This document shows positions 1-8,418 of a stretch of 36,280 bases of DNA, one piece after another. The notes below the pieces were generated by a model. The model worked only from the letters and a program-made list of their open reading frames with translations, was not told where the DNA came from and searched no databases. The position numbers and the translations under genes are program-made. Numbering within the stretch: position 1 is the stretch's first letter; the number at the start of each line of letters is the position of its first letter. The stretch is from a bacterium. Lineage in GTDB: Bacteria > Patescibacteriota > Minisyncoccia > RBG-13-40-8-A. Location of the stretch: positions 1-36,280 of the forward strand of contig JAUYCU010000018.1 of NCBI GenBank assembly GCA_030692145.1. Direction: 5' to 3'.

Positions 1-719
1 CTGTGGTTAAAATACTCGAAAAAACTTCTGATAACTTCTGTTTTCTCTGTTTTTTTATCCCAAAAAGGATATTTTATCAGGGCAGTTGCGCCGTCGGAAG
101 GAAAGCGGATATAGTCCAAATTTATCTCGTCAAAACCAACCTTTATTACCTCTTTGGCAATGGCGATTGTGTAATTCCAAACTTCCTTGGATGCGGGGTC
201 AAGCCAAGCCAATCCTTTATTATCGTGCCATATGCTCCCGTCCGAATTCTTTAAAGCCAATTCCGGTTTCTCCCGAGGAAGATAATCGTCTTCAAAAACC
301 GCAATTCTGGCAATAGTATAAATTCCTTCTTTGTGCAGATTTTCGATTAATCCTTTTATATCTTTAATAAATATTTTTTCCGAGCCGGTTTCGTGAATCA
401 AATCACTTTCGGTTTGAAAAGGAATTCTTCCGGTATAGTCTTTAATATCGATAACCACACTATTCAATTCGGTTCTTTTTATCAAATCGATAATCTCTTC
501 CATGCGATAATTGGAGGCAGTGCGATAAGTGACATAGATGCCCTTGGCGCGAATCGGTTCTTTCACTATACCATTATCTTTCACGGCATTGTTGTTTTGC
601 AGGTGCCCGGTTATAAATTGACCCCGTTGTTCAAAAAAATAACGGGGCACATCCAAGGCAAAAGCAATAAAAATAACCAAAATTAAGATTAAAAAAAGAA
701 AGATTTTATCTTTACTCAT
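1..719 (-). CDS. Membrane-anchored TIM-barrel putative glycoside hydrolase (DUF4015-like); C-terminus cut by left window edge
   Basis: Missing from the ORF track because it runs off the edge. Reverse-strand ATG at 719-717 stays open to position 1. Translation: MSKDKIFLFLILILVIFIAFALDV...KGIYVTYRTAS...NSVVIDIKDYTGRIPF...IARIAVFEDD...GLAWLDPASKEVWNYTIAIAKEVIKVGFDEINLDYIRFPSDG. An N-terminal TM helix plus this motif series matches my memory of the DUF4015 putative glycosyl hydrolase family. Confidence 0.6.
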   Translation of the reverse strand, partial: MSKDKIFLFLILILVIFIAFALDVPRYFFEQRGQFITGHLQNNNAVKDNGIVKEPIRAKGIYVTYRTASNYRMEEIIDLIKRTELNSVVIDIKDYTGRIPFQTESDLIHETGSEKIFIKDIKGLIENLHKEGIYTIARIAVFEDDYLPREKPELALKNSDGSIWHDNKGLAWLDPASKEVWNYTIAIAKEVIKVGFDEINLDYIRFPSDGATALIKYPFWDKKTEKTEVIRSFFEYFNH

Positions 720-727
720 ATTACTAA

Positions 728-799
728 TGCCCCCAGTAGGAATCGGACCTACATTCCCTGCTTAGAAGGCAAGTGCTCTGTCCATTGAGCTATGGGGGC
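728..799 (-). tRNA. tRNA-Arg (anticodon UCU)
   Basis: Reverse strand folds as a 72-nt cloverleaf: GCCCCCA-TA-GCTC-AATGGACA-GAGC-A-CTTGC-CTTCTAA-GCAGG-GAAT-GTAGG-TCCGATT-CCTAC-TGGGGGC-A. Anticodon loop is CU-UCU-AA. No encoded CCA. Confidence 0.9.
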
Positions 800-809
800 G
801 CAAATATTG

Positions 810-840
810 CCAGCCCGGGGCTGGTCCGTTTCGAGCGGAA
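810..840. repeat. GC-rich twin-hairpin element (CCAGCC-N3-GGCTGG + TCCG..CGGA), intergenic copy
   Basis: ccagcccggggctggtccgtttcgagcggaa matches 25/31 nt with 35953-35983. Differences fall mainly in the hairpin loops. Confidence 0.6.
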
Positions 841-841
841 A

Positions 842-2068
842 CTATGGGGACGGACATTGTCTTGCGGTAAAATTTCTTTCAGCGCAAAGACATTGAGCAT
901 TGTCTATGCTTACATGAACATGGTTTACTTCGTAATTAACCCATGCGCCCGAATTACAACTTCTGGCTGCAGTGGCAATCGCCTGACACATTGTTATATT
1001 TGCAGCTGCGGGTGGAGATGGAAGATGAAAATCCACAGCATGAGAAAATCCCTTACAGGCTGGATTTGCACCGCCAAAATGACAAGAATCAGCTCCATGA
1101 CCACAATTAGACGTAGAAGTGTCGCAGTTAGAATTAGTGCAAAGGCTATTATGCGAAATAGAATTTATTGATAGACCAGAAATTCCCCTTGCGAACATAC
1201 AATTCAGAAAGAATACCAAATCCTGAGATGCGTCTCCTCTTTGTCTTGGGTCTGCTCCGCCAGGCGGAGGATTTAAAACCCATGTATAAGAACTAGCGGG
1301 GGCACTTCTGGTGCACCAACCCGTGTCAGTCCATGAACCACACGGATTTTCCTGGGTGCCATGACTACGATCCAAGCAACACCATCCTACTGTCTCACAA
1401 TTAATCCCAGGCCCCACGCAACGCGATGAACAACTCTCATAACACTCCGAGGCACCACTATACTCATATACCATTCTATCATTAGCAGCTCCCGTATACT
1501 GAATATGACAAAACTTATTATTACTTCCAATGATTGGTTCTTCTAGTTCTTCTACTGCCTCTTGTTCTTGTATTGCCCCGCCCGCACATCTCACCTCGTT
1601 CCATGGCCAGGGAAACCCTGCTTCTTCGCCTACTCCACCAGGAGTCTTTGCTAAGGTAATAAAAACAATATTTAGAATCGTCCAGGATAAAAATGCGATT
1701 GCCAAACCAACTACGGTTCCGGTAATAATTCTCTTTCCTGCTTCTAATTGGTCCGGTTTTGCTCCGGCGATTAAAATCATTATTCCTCCGGCAATAATGA
1801 ATAAGGGAGCAATAATCAATAAAAACCACCAGATGTAATTCATAATCATCTGCAACATCCTAAAAATATCACACAGAGTACAGGGCTGAGCCTCCTCATA
1901 AGAAACACCATCGCATTGCGTATCACAGGCAGTTCTGTCCGCGTTCCATGTCTGACAACACCTACCACAAGGAACTAAAGCAGCAGAGGCCAGAATCGGC
2001 AGAATAAACCCAAGAATGATTAAAATTATAAAAATTGGTTTGCGCATATTTTTATTTAAACGGATCAA
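842..2068 (-). CDS. Secreted/membrane Cys-rich protein: T4SS-pilin-like (TrbC/VirB2-like) N-terminal module fused to a Cys-rich C-terminal LAS/M15-like zinc peptidase-like domain
   Basis: 408-aa ORF. The N-terminus has a signal/TM segment, then LVPCGRCC...CTLCDIF and two hydrophobic helices (WWFLLIIAPLFIIAGGIMILIAG, ITGTVVGLAIAFLSWTILNIVFI), as in CPR T4SS-pilin-like proteins. The C-terminal half holds about 30 Cys and the motifs SCHFGG...AVDF...NHVHVSID (compare S-x-H-x-x-G-x-A-x-D and vHvD of M15 peptidases). An alternative start is M8 at 2047. Confidence 0.6.
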   Translation of the reverse strand: MIRLNKNMRKPIFIILIILGFILPILASAALVPCGRCCQTWNADRTACDTQCDGVSYEEAQPCTLCDIFRMLQMIMNYIWWFLLIIAPLFIIAGGIMILIAGAKPDQLEAGKRIITGTVVGLAIAFLSWTILNIVFITLAKTPGGVGEEAGFPWPWNEVRCAGGAIQEQEAVEELEEPIIGSNNKFCHIQYTGAANDRMVYEYSGASECYESCSSRCVGPGINCETVGWCCLDRSHGTQENPCGSWTDTGWCTRSAPASSYTWVLNPPPGGADPRQRGDASQDLVFFLNCMFARGISGLSINSISHNSLCTNSNCDTSTSNCGHGADSCHFGGANPACKGFSHAVDFHLPSPPAAANITMCQAIATAARSCNSGAWVNYEVNHVHVSIDNAQCLCAERNFTARQCPSP

Positions 2069-2324
2069 GATAATTCTTAGTATTGATTTGATTGATTTTT
2101 TCTCCCCTGTTCAAAAGCTTGTCCATTATGCTCTGGTATGCGGCCTTTTTTATTTCCAGTTTAAACGGAGACACTTCTCTTTGTTCGTAAAGCGACTTAT
2201 AAACGTATTTATAAAAGATAAAGCCGATATAGACCAATATAGCCAAAAACGCGAAAATTGTCCATTTTTTCCAATGTTTTATGAATAAATTCCTGATTGA
2301 TTTCGCTGTTTTTTTAAAATCCAT
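2052..2324 (-). CDS. Small single-pass membrane protein, unknown function (pilus-operon member)
   Basis: 90-aa ORF with one TM helix (WTIFAFLAILVYIGFIF). It is tightly packed between the pilO-like gene and the pilin-like fusion, 1-nt gap upstream and a short overlap downstream. Confidence 0.5.
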   Translation of the reverse strand: MDFKKTAKSIRNLFIKHWKKWTIFAFLAILVYIGFIFYKYVYKSLYEQREVSPFKLEIKKAAYQSIMDKLLNRGEKINQINTKNYLDPFK

Positions 2325-2325
2325 T

Positions 2326-2850
2326 TTATTCGTTGGTATAAGCCCTTATTTTTAGAGTTGATTTTATTGTTCCCGCCGAGATAGTTTCCGGGCTATCTTC
2401 TCCGTTTGTTCTTGTGATATTTACCGAATTCACGTCAATAAAATAATCCCCGTTTTCCAACCAACCCAGAAATTTCATGAAATTGGGGAATGTTCCGAAA
2501 AGACCCAAGGTTAAAGACGGAAACTCCGAAGCGCTAATTTCGATTTCGTTATTGGTGGAAGAGGCGACGGATTCCAGTGCTTCGAAGAATTTTACTGCCT
2601 CGTTTTTATCGATAAGTTGTTTTTTTATCTCAATAATTTTGTCATTGATGTCTTTATAATCTGCTTCTACCTCTTCCACGTATTTCTTGTCCATTCCTTC
2701 CAGAGACATCAACCTCTCACGGCTTTCCAAAACAGATGCCGCTGTTTTTTTTATTTCCAGAAACAACGGCTTGATTACGAACAAAGTCAAAACAATAAAA
2801 ATAGTGACAATGACCGCAAAAATGAGATAAATTTTTTGCTTAATACTCAT
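2326..2850 (-). CDS. pilO: PilO-like type IV pilus assembly protein
   Basis: 174 aa. N-terminal TM helix, then a coiled-coil region. It sits directly after the pilM and pilN genes with a 4-nt overlap. Confidence 0.55.
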   Translation of the reverse strand: MSIKQKIYLIFAVIVTIFIVLTLFVIKPLFLEIKKTAASVLESRERLMSLEGMDKKYVEEVEADYKDINDKIIEIKKQLIDKNEAVKFFEALESVASSTNNEIEISASEFPSLTLGLFGTFPNFMKFLGWLENGDYFIDVNSVNITRTNGEDSPETISAGTIKSTLKIRAYTNE

Positions 2851-3389
2851 GGAGTGTAAGTAAAACTGAATCTAAAATTAATGTCTCTTGGATTAGCTAA
2901 ATTAGAAAAAGGAAAATCCACCTCTTTATAGTGAGGGTTATTTTTAAGTATATTTCTTATGGCCACCAGATTTCCCCGAAGAAGTGAATTTCCAGTAACA
3001 CTTATCAGTTTCGACTCTTTGTCGATTTCTAGAGTATAAATCTTTACTCCGCCAAAAAGTTCTTCATTTACTTTATCCAGAATGCCGTAGAGGTCGGATT
3101 TCGTGTCCTGAATTTTTTTGATTAATGACAAATCATCGTTCAACTCTTTAACTCTTTTTTGTATGGTTTTAATGCTCTCCGTCTGGACAACTTTCGCCTG
3201 TTCTTCGTTGATGCTTTTTTCAAAAATGAAATACTTGAAATTCAGAAGCGTCAAAAACGAAGCCAAAACAACAATCAACGACAAAAACATCAGAAAGAGA
3301 ATCAATACGGAGGAAATCGCATTCTGATAAAGAACCATCATTTTGATTCTTTTTATTTGCCCCGGCGGCAGTAAGTTTATCTTTATCAT
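2847..3389 (-). CDS. pilN: PilN-like type IV pilus assembly protein
   Basis: 180 aa. Begins MIKINLLPP (the conserved PilN INLLP motif), followed by a TM helix. It follows pilM. Confidence 0.7.
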   Translation of the reverse strand: MIKINLLPPGQIKRIKMMVLYQNAISSVLILFLMFLSLIVVLASFLTLLNFKYFIFEKSINEEQAKVVQTESIKTIQKRVKELNDDLSLIKKIQDTKSDLYGILDKVNEELFGGVKIYTLEIDKESKLISVTGNSLLRGNLVAIRNILKNNPHYKEVDFPFSNLANPRDINFRFSFTYTP

Positions 3390-3407
3390 ATTATTGTTGG
3401 TGTTTTT

Positions 3408-4526
3408 TTAATTGACGGAATTCGCTCCGCGAAGAGCCAGTCCCAAAACAGTGGCATAGGCCAAAGACTCTTCATACGGAATGGCTGGTATTTTCTTCAA
3501 ATCCATTTTGCCTTTTTTGTCCGGCAGAATATTTACCCACGGATTGCCCAATGAAACGGGAATTTTTATGCGCGTGGAGAGATGCTCCGCAAGCCCTTTC
3601 AAGTTGGCTCCTCCTCCACAAAGAATTATTTCGCTAATATCGGGAAAACCGCTGTCTTTTTCTCCATATTCCTTATGGAAGCTTATACATTCCTTAATTT
3701 TTTCCGACAATTTTGTAAGAGACGGCAAAAGCGCATTAAAAATTTCCCTGTCTTTATCGTTTGTATCCAAACCAATCTTAAATTTCAAAGACTGGGCTTT
3801 TTTAAAATCGATATTCAATTTTTGGGCAATATCCTCAAGCATCTGCTTATTGGAAACCGCGGAAGTGCTATTGGTGAAACAAATTCCGTTTTCGGAAAAA
3901 ATCACGAAACTTGTTCGATTGAAACCCAAATCGATAATTAAAACCGGTTTTACAACAAGGCCTTCCTTAAGCAGACTTCTGATTATCGCCGTTGACTCGA
4001 TTTCAAAAACAATTGGCTCGATTCCCGCGGCTCTTAACACCTCCAAATACTTATCAACCAGTTTCCTGGGAACCGCATTTATTAAAACGTCGGTGTGATC
4101 GCTTCTTTCCTGAGAAGAAATAATCTGCCAGCTGAAATAAACTTCATCCAGAGAAAACGGAATATTGGCTTCCGCTTCCCATTTAATCGCTTCTTTTATT
4201 TCGTTAATTCCCATTTTGGGAAATTTAATTACCTTAACAAAGGCATGTTGTTCGGGTAAAGAACAAACCGCATATTGAGTCCTGATTTTTTCTCCCTTTG
4301 CTTCAATTATTGCTTTTTTCAACATTTCAATCAATTTTTTGTCGTTTTTTATCTCTCCCTCTTCGATTATTCCCTCGGGAAGAGCAAAGCGGTTGGAACT
4401 TTTCAACTCGAATCCTTTCTTTTTTTTCTTCAGTTGCGCGATTTTTATGGAAAAATCGGAAATATCCAGTCCAAAAGACGGAAGATTTTCGTAAATGTTG
4501 GAAAAAACAATATCTCTAAAATTCAT
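3408..4526 (-). CDS. pilM: Type IV pilus assembly ATPase-like protein PilM (actin/HSP70 fold)
   Basis: 372 aa. FGLDISDFSIKIAQL near the N-terminus, IIDLGFNRTSF and ILCGGGANLKGL, typical of PilM/FtsA-like actin-fold proteins. Confidence 0.85.
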   Translation of the reverse strand: MNFRDIVFSNIYENLPSFGLDISDFSIKIAQLKKKKKGFELKSSNRFALPEGIIEEGEIKNDKKLIEMLKKAIIEAKGEKIRTQYAVCSLPEQHAFVKVIKFPKMGINEIKEAIKWEAEANIPFSLDEVYFSWQIISSQERSDHTDVLINAVPRKLVDKYLEVLRAAGIEPIVFEIESTAIIRSLLKEGLVVKPVLIIDLGFNRTSFVIFSENGICFTNSTSAVSNKQMLEDIAQKLNIDFKKAQSLKFKIGLDTNDKDREIFNALLPSLTKLSEKIKECISFHKEYGEKDSGFPDISEIILCGGGANLKGLAEHLSTRIKIPVSLGNPWVNILPDKKGKMDLKKIPAIPYEESLAYATVLGLALRGANSVN

Positions 4527-4565
4527 ATTGATACGATAATTTTATTCTACCACAAATCGGGGATT

Positions 4566-6014
4566 TTATTGAATTTCCTCCCAGGAAACGAATTGCAAAT
4601 CTCCCGAGGTGGGGAAAAACGGCGGAGGGTCATAAATCAAGGCCGGTTCATAATAAGATTCCGTATTCTGATAGCCAGAAATAACCTGTCCGCTGCTATT
4701 AACCCAGCTCCAGGTCCAAACCTGATTAGTGATAATCGAACCACGAACCATTATTCTGTTTCGCGTATGATATGGGTTATACGAACTTGAGTAATAATAC
4801 CTCTGCACCGCGCCTTTTTGCGCCACCATCACTGCCTGGATCTCCAAAACATTCGGCGAATATAACGGAACCAAAATATTTTTCTGGGCAATTAAAGCTA
4901 TCATTGTTGCTTTAGGATCGGCTCTGGTAATATTACCGTTAATAATGATACTGGCATTAGTGGCCGGATTGTCCGGAAACCTTGCCGCTACAATCGTTGC
5001 TTTTTCGTCGGTTGCCCCATCAACCCAAACCTTGGTATCCTCGACAAAAACAAGATTTTGAACTCCGCACTGACCTTCGGCCAAAGCATAATTAGCAATA
5101 AAGCTTTCTCTGTCAAAGTCGTTTGACTCATTGCGTAAAACGCCCTGAGTATCACGACCATTCACGTTTGCCCTTAATCTTGTAACCCTATACAAATCGA
5201 ATGTTCCATCATTTTTTAATTTAATATGATAGCCGAAACTTCCCGACGGCCCAAAATAATATCCGCCGTTCTGCGCCCTGGTTTTTAGTTGAGCCAAATC
5301 GGTAGTAATAGCGTTAAAATCAACGGACGGAACAGGAAATTCCCACAAGCCCTCGGCATTGCCGTTTCCCGTGCCCCAAATTCCGGGCTTGGTTTGCGCC
5401 GGACTGCATCCGTGCATGGGTTGGCAAGTATATGTTTCTTTTGCCGAAGTGCTTAATGCGTTCTGCGTTCCATCCATTCTGATTCCGCCATTGGAATGAA
5501 ACGGTCCCTGTAATTCCTCATTTTCTCCGAACCAGACATCGGAATTCGTCAAAAAGGAATATTGTGCCAGAGAAGGACGACCATATCGTACCAAAATCGT
5601 TCTTTTCGCATTGGGACGATTACTCGCCCAGCCAACGGATTTGATTTCAATCATGGTCGAACATTCTCCGGGCTGGGTAATTTCCAAAGAATATTGACCG
5701 ATTAATCCGCCCTCCGGGTCTCTATAATCGTAAACTCCGGAGAATCCGAAGTCATTCGGAGCATGAGCCAAGTGCCAACGGGCGTAATTTGCTCCTGCTT
5801 CGGCCATGGCCAATGCTTCGTTAATGGCAACTTTTTGTATAATCTGGCGATATTGCGTAGTAACGAAACCCGCCATTCCACTGAAAAGAAAGACAAAAAT
5901 TGCTCCAAAAACCAAAACCATGGTAATGATGGCTCCTCTGTCGCAATTTTTAATCTTGAATTTTGCTTGCCCGCCATAGCCTTGGCGAAGGCGGGGATTT
6001 TGAATTCTCATCAT
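4566..6014 (-). CDS. PilX-N-type minor pilin-like protein (large)
   Basis: 482 aa. DRGAIITMVLVFGAIFVFLFSGMAGF resembles the PilX N-terminal segment. Located in the minor-pilin gene row, with a 4-nt ATGA overlap with the upstream gene. Confidence 0.6.
   Translation of the reverse strand: MMRIQNPRLRQGYGGQAKFKIKNCDRGAIITMVLVFGAIFVFLFSGMAGFVTTQYRQIIQKVAINEALAMAEAGANYARWHLAHAPNDFGFSGVYDYRDPEGGLIGQYSLEITQPGECSTMIEIKSVGWASNRPNAKRTILVRYGRPSLAQYSFLTNSDVWFGENEELQGPFHSNGGIRMDGTQNALSTSAKETYTCQPMHGCSPAQTKPGIWGTGNGNAEGLWEFPVPSVDFNAITTDLAQLKTRAQNGGYYFGPSGSFGYHIKLKNDGTFDLYRVTRLRANVNGRDTQGVLRNESNDFDRESFIANYALAEGQCGVQNLVFVEDTKVWVDGATDEKATIVAARFPDNPATNASIIINGNITRADPKATMIALIAQKNILVPLYSPNVLEIQAVMVAQKGAVQRYYYSSSYNPYHTRNRIMVRGSIITNQVWTWSWVNSSGQVISGYQNTESYYEPALIYDPPPFFPTSGDLQFVSWEEIQ
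5966..5996. repeat. GC-rich palindromic element, in-frame copy in the PilX-like N-terminus
   Basis: cttgcccgccatagccttggcgaaggcgggg matches 24/31 nt with 25727-25757. It shares the 10-mer cttgcccgcc with 26249-26258. It encodes PRLRQGYGGQAK. Confidence 0.6.
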
Positions 6015-6625
6015 AGATTTGTTTTCAGGTTTCTTATTTGTACATCGCTTTCCAATTCAAAATTGTCCGGTGGGCGATTTGGATCAACGTTAATTTTTAA
6101 ATAAACGTGCATTAATTTTGTTTCGGTTAACCGCGTAAGCGTGGGCAAGGGATTATTAACAACATCAATTGGCCAATCTCCGTTATAGTAAATAAAAATT
6201 GGCGTTGCGCCGTTTCTGACATAAGCAGAAAGAGTATCGACAACTTCACCGCTTAAAATATATTGAGGTGGGTCTCCGCTGGGCTCGACAACTCCTTTTT
6301 TAAAATTTATTCCGTCCAAAAAGTAACGCACTCTTTCAATACTGGCATCTTTGTCGATGTCGCTGTAAAAAATAAGTTGGAGATTTCCCGCTTCTTTTAG
6401 AGGATAAGAGCCGTCTTCGCCGTATCGAGCTTCTCGAATTTCTTTTACCATTGTTTCAATTCCCTTTCTTGCCTCGTTAATGGCCGCAATTTGCTCGAAA
6501 TTATAACCGTATGCCCGATAAACGTAAATAACAAAAGAAATCAAAAGCGCCATTGCCAATGCAAAAATGGCAATCATGAAAATTCCCTCAATCAAAGAAA
6601 ATCCATTTCCGTCACGAAAGTTCAT
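6011..6625 (-). CDS. Prepilin-type N-terminal cleavage/methylation domain protein (minor pilin)
   Basis: 204 aa. MNFRDGNG/FSLIEGIFMIAIFALAMALLI matches the class III signal G|F-x-L-I-E plus hydrophobic helix. Confidence 0.75.
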   Translation of the reverse strand: MNFRDGNGFSLIEGIFMIAIFALAMALLISFVIYVYRAYGYNFEQIAAINEARKGIETMVKEIREARYGEDGSYPLKEAGNLQLIFYSDIDKDASIERVRYFLDGINFKKGVVEPSGDPPQYILSGEVVDTLSAYVRNGATPIFIYYNGDWPIDVVNNPLPTLTRLTETKLMHVYLKINVDPNRPPDNFELESDVQIRNLKTNL

Positions 6626-6629
6626 AAAT

Positions 6630-8417
6630 TTATGGCGTGGTCATTAAAATTATCTGCTCGCTCTGCCCAGAAACAGTAACCTCGCTTAACCAATCCTGAT
6701 ATCCGGCTATTTTAATTTCCAAATTATAGACTGCCTGACTTAAGGGGCTAAAAAATACTTGACCAGACTCCGAAACCAGCTTATTTTTGTCGTAACCAAT
6801 CCTATAGAGCCGGACACCGGCCCCAATCAAGGGCTGTCCGGCCGAGTTTTTGACCGTAACCAGAAGAGTGTTGGTTTGATGATTGGCAAGTTTTATAATC
6901 ACGGTTTGGTCGGAATCAGGATTTAAATTTATTGGTTGCGAAGGAAAAGAATTGGCAATATCATATCCGGTCGCGGGACTGATAATAATTCTATAACTAT
7001 CCCATTCCAAATTAAGAATATTCGCGGTTCCTTCGGAATTCGTTGTCAGATTCTGGACATATTTATATATTGGTTGATTATTTATATCGAGTCCGAGCGT
7101 TTTCGCTCCTTGCATGAAAAAAGAAAGATTGGGAACACTTATTAAAGTATCCGAAGAAAACCAGGTGATCTGCCAGTCAAATAAAGAAGGAGTTTGATTC
7201 GGATCACTGGTCGAAAAATTGGCTTTCAGCTTCACCGACTTATACCTATAGGAATCCAGTTGTGACAAATCTAAAGGAGAATCGGGAAAGCCTTCGGAAT
7301 TCAGAACTCCGCTAACCGTCAAATCGCTGTCCGGAATCAAAACCCAATCAACTCCGTTGAAATACAAAATCTGGTATTTAATTTCGGTAGGCACAAAATT
7401 CTCGTCGTTCCAATTCATTCTCCCCCATTCAACCAAGGCAGTGGGGGTAATAATGTTCGATATGATATATCCCGACAATTGATATTGACTATCTATATTT
7501 TCAAGTTTAATTGCCGAATTAACGGAATCAAGAGTTGTTTGTAATTTTTCACTTATTTTACTTTCGTCTTCAAATGAATCGTTCCAATTTTTCTCTTCGA
7601 TATATCTAATGGTGTTGACCGTCTTTGTGGAAAGACGGTCAATGGAAAAACTAATTTCGCTGAGCTGACCTTCGATTACAGAAAGAAATGGTTTTATGGG
7701 AAAGGCCAAGGCAACGCTCCGTACCATTTCATTAATTTCGTAGGTTCTTTCCGAGCTGTAATCGAATTTACTGGCAGTGATTTTATAACAATCGTTACAT
7801 TCCGGAGCGCCGGGAATAAAAATGCGTCCCTGATTGTCGGTTTGGTAACTGGCATCAATAGGAGGAAAAATATCGTTGTTTTCCACCCTGATATCCGCTT
7901 GCGGCACCGGCTGGCCATTGGCGTCGAAAACCAAAACCGAAATAATTCCTCCTTCCCCGGTTGTTTCAATCCCCTTGGGAGCTATATCTGTTTGCAAGGT
8001 GACCTGACCGCCGAAAAATTCCGACCAAGAAACCTTAACCCTGATTCTTTTATAATCCCAGGCTAACGGATCGGCGGGAAAAACACCGTCAAAGGAGTCA
8101 TCAACATAAATCACCGTTGTCTTAACGGTGTAAGCAATTTTGTTGCGCTCGATATTTTCCGTTTCGAGAATTACTCCCGAGGGAATGCCTCCTGCCGTAC
8201 CAACTTGATTATAAGTAAGGTTTCGCGCCAATTCTATTTTTTGATTAGCTAAGGCGGTGGCAACGGCCTTAGCTTTAGACTGAGCAACTATTTTTATGTT
8301 CAATCTAATCAATCCAAAAATGCCGATGAACACAATCAACAAAAGCGTAATTCCCACCAAGCTTTCGACAAGCGTAAACCCGGATTTTTTATTTTTTCCG
8401 ATTAAAGAAGCAAACAT
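6630..8417 (-). CDS. Large prepilin-type protein with carboxypeptidase-regulatory-like (prealbumin-fold) repeats
   Basis: 595 aa. KKSG/FTLVESLVGITLLLIVFIGIFGL is a prepilin signal. Internal and C-terminal segments (QADIRVENN...DNQGRIFIPG...YKITASKFDY; GAGVRLYRIG...SGQVFFSPL...YNLEIKIAGY) resemble CarboxypepD_reg-type beta-sandwiches. Confidence 0.7.
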   Translation of the reverse strand: MFASLIGKNKKSGFTLVESLVGITLLLIVFIGIFGLIRLNIKIVAQSKAKAVATALANQKIELARNLTYNQVGTAGGIPSGVILETENIERNKIAYTVKTTVIYVDDSFDGVFPADPLAWDYKRIRVKVSWSEFFGGQVTLQTDIAPKGIETTGEGGIISVLVFDANGQPVPQADIRVENNDIFPPIDASYQTDNQGRIFIPGAPECNDCYKITASKFDYSSERTYEINEMVRSVALAFPIKPFLSVIEGQLSEISFSIDRLSTKTVNTIRYIEEKNWNDSFEDESKISEKLQTTLDSVNSAIKLENIDSQYQLSGYIISNIITPTALVEWGRMNWNDENFVPTEIKYQILYFNGVDWVLIPDSDLTVSGVLNSEGFPDSPLDLSQLDSYRYKSVKLKANFSTSDPNQTPSLFDWQITWFSSDTLISVPNLSFFMQGAKTLGLDINNQPIYKYVQNLTTNSEGTANILNLEWDSYRIIISPATGYDIANSFPSQPINLNPDSDQTVIIKLANHQTNTLLVTVKNSAGQPLIGAGVRLYRIGYDKNKLVSESGQVFFSPLSQAVYNLEIKIAGYQDWLSEVTVSGQSEQIILMTTP

Positions 8418-8418
8418 C

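Noticed and set aside
393-686. Plus-strand ORFs at 3-254, 86-316 and 393-686
   Set aside because: They are antisense shadows of a clearly homologous minus-strand hydrolase gene (1-719). They have no motifs and no start signals.
1530-1838. ORFs overlapping the pilin-fusion gene on both strands (1521-1829 minus, 1530-1838 plus, 773-1171 plus)
   Set aside because: They lie inside or opposite a longer ORF with recognisable motifs. Their translations are low-complexity.
3481-4790. Long plus-strand ORFs opposite pilM and the PilX-like gene (3481-4098, 3582-3941, 4275-4790, 4298-4519)
   Set aside because: They are antisense to well-supported pilus genes. Such ORFs are typical AT-rich shadow frames.
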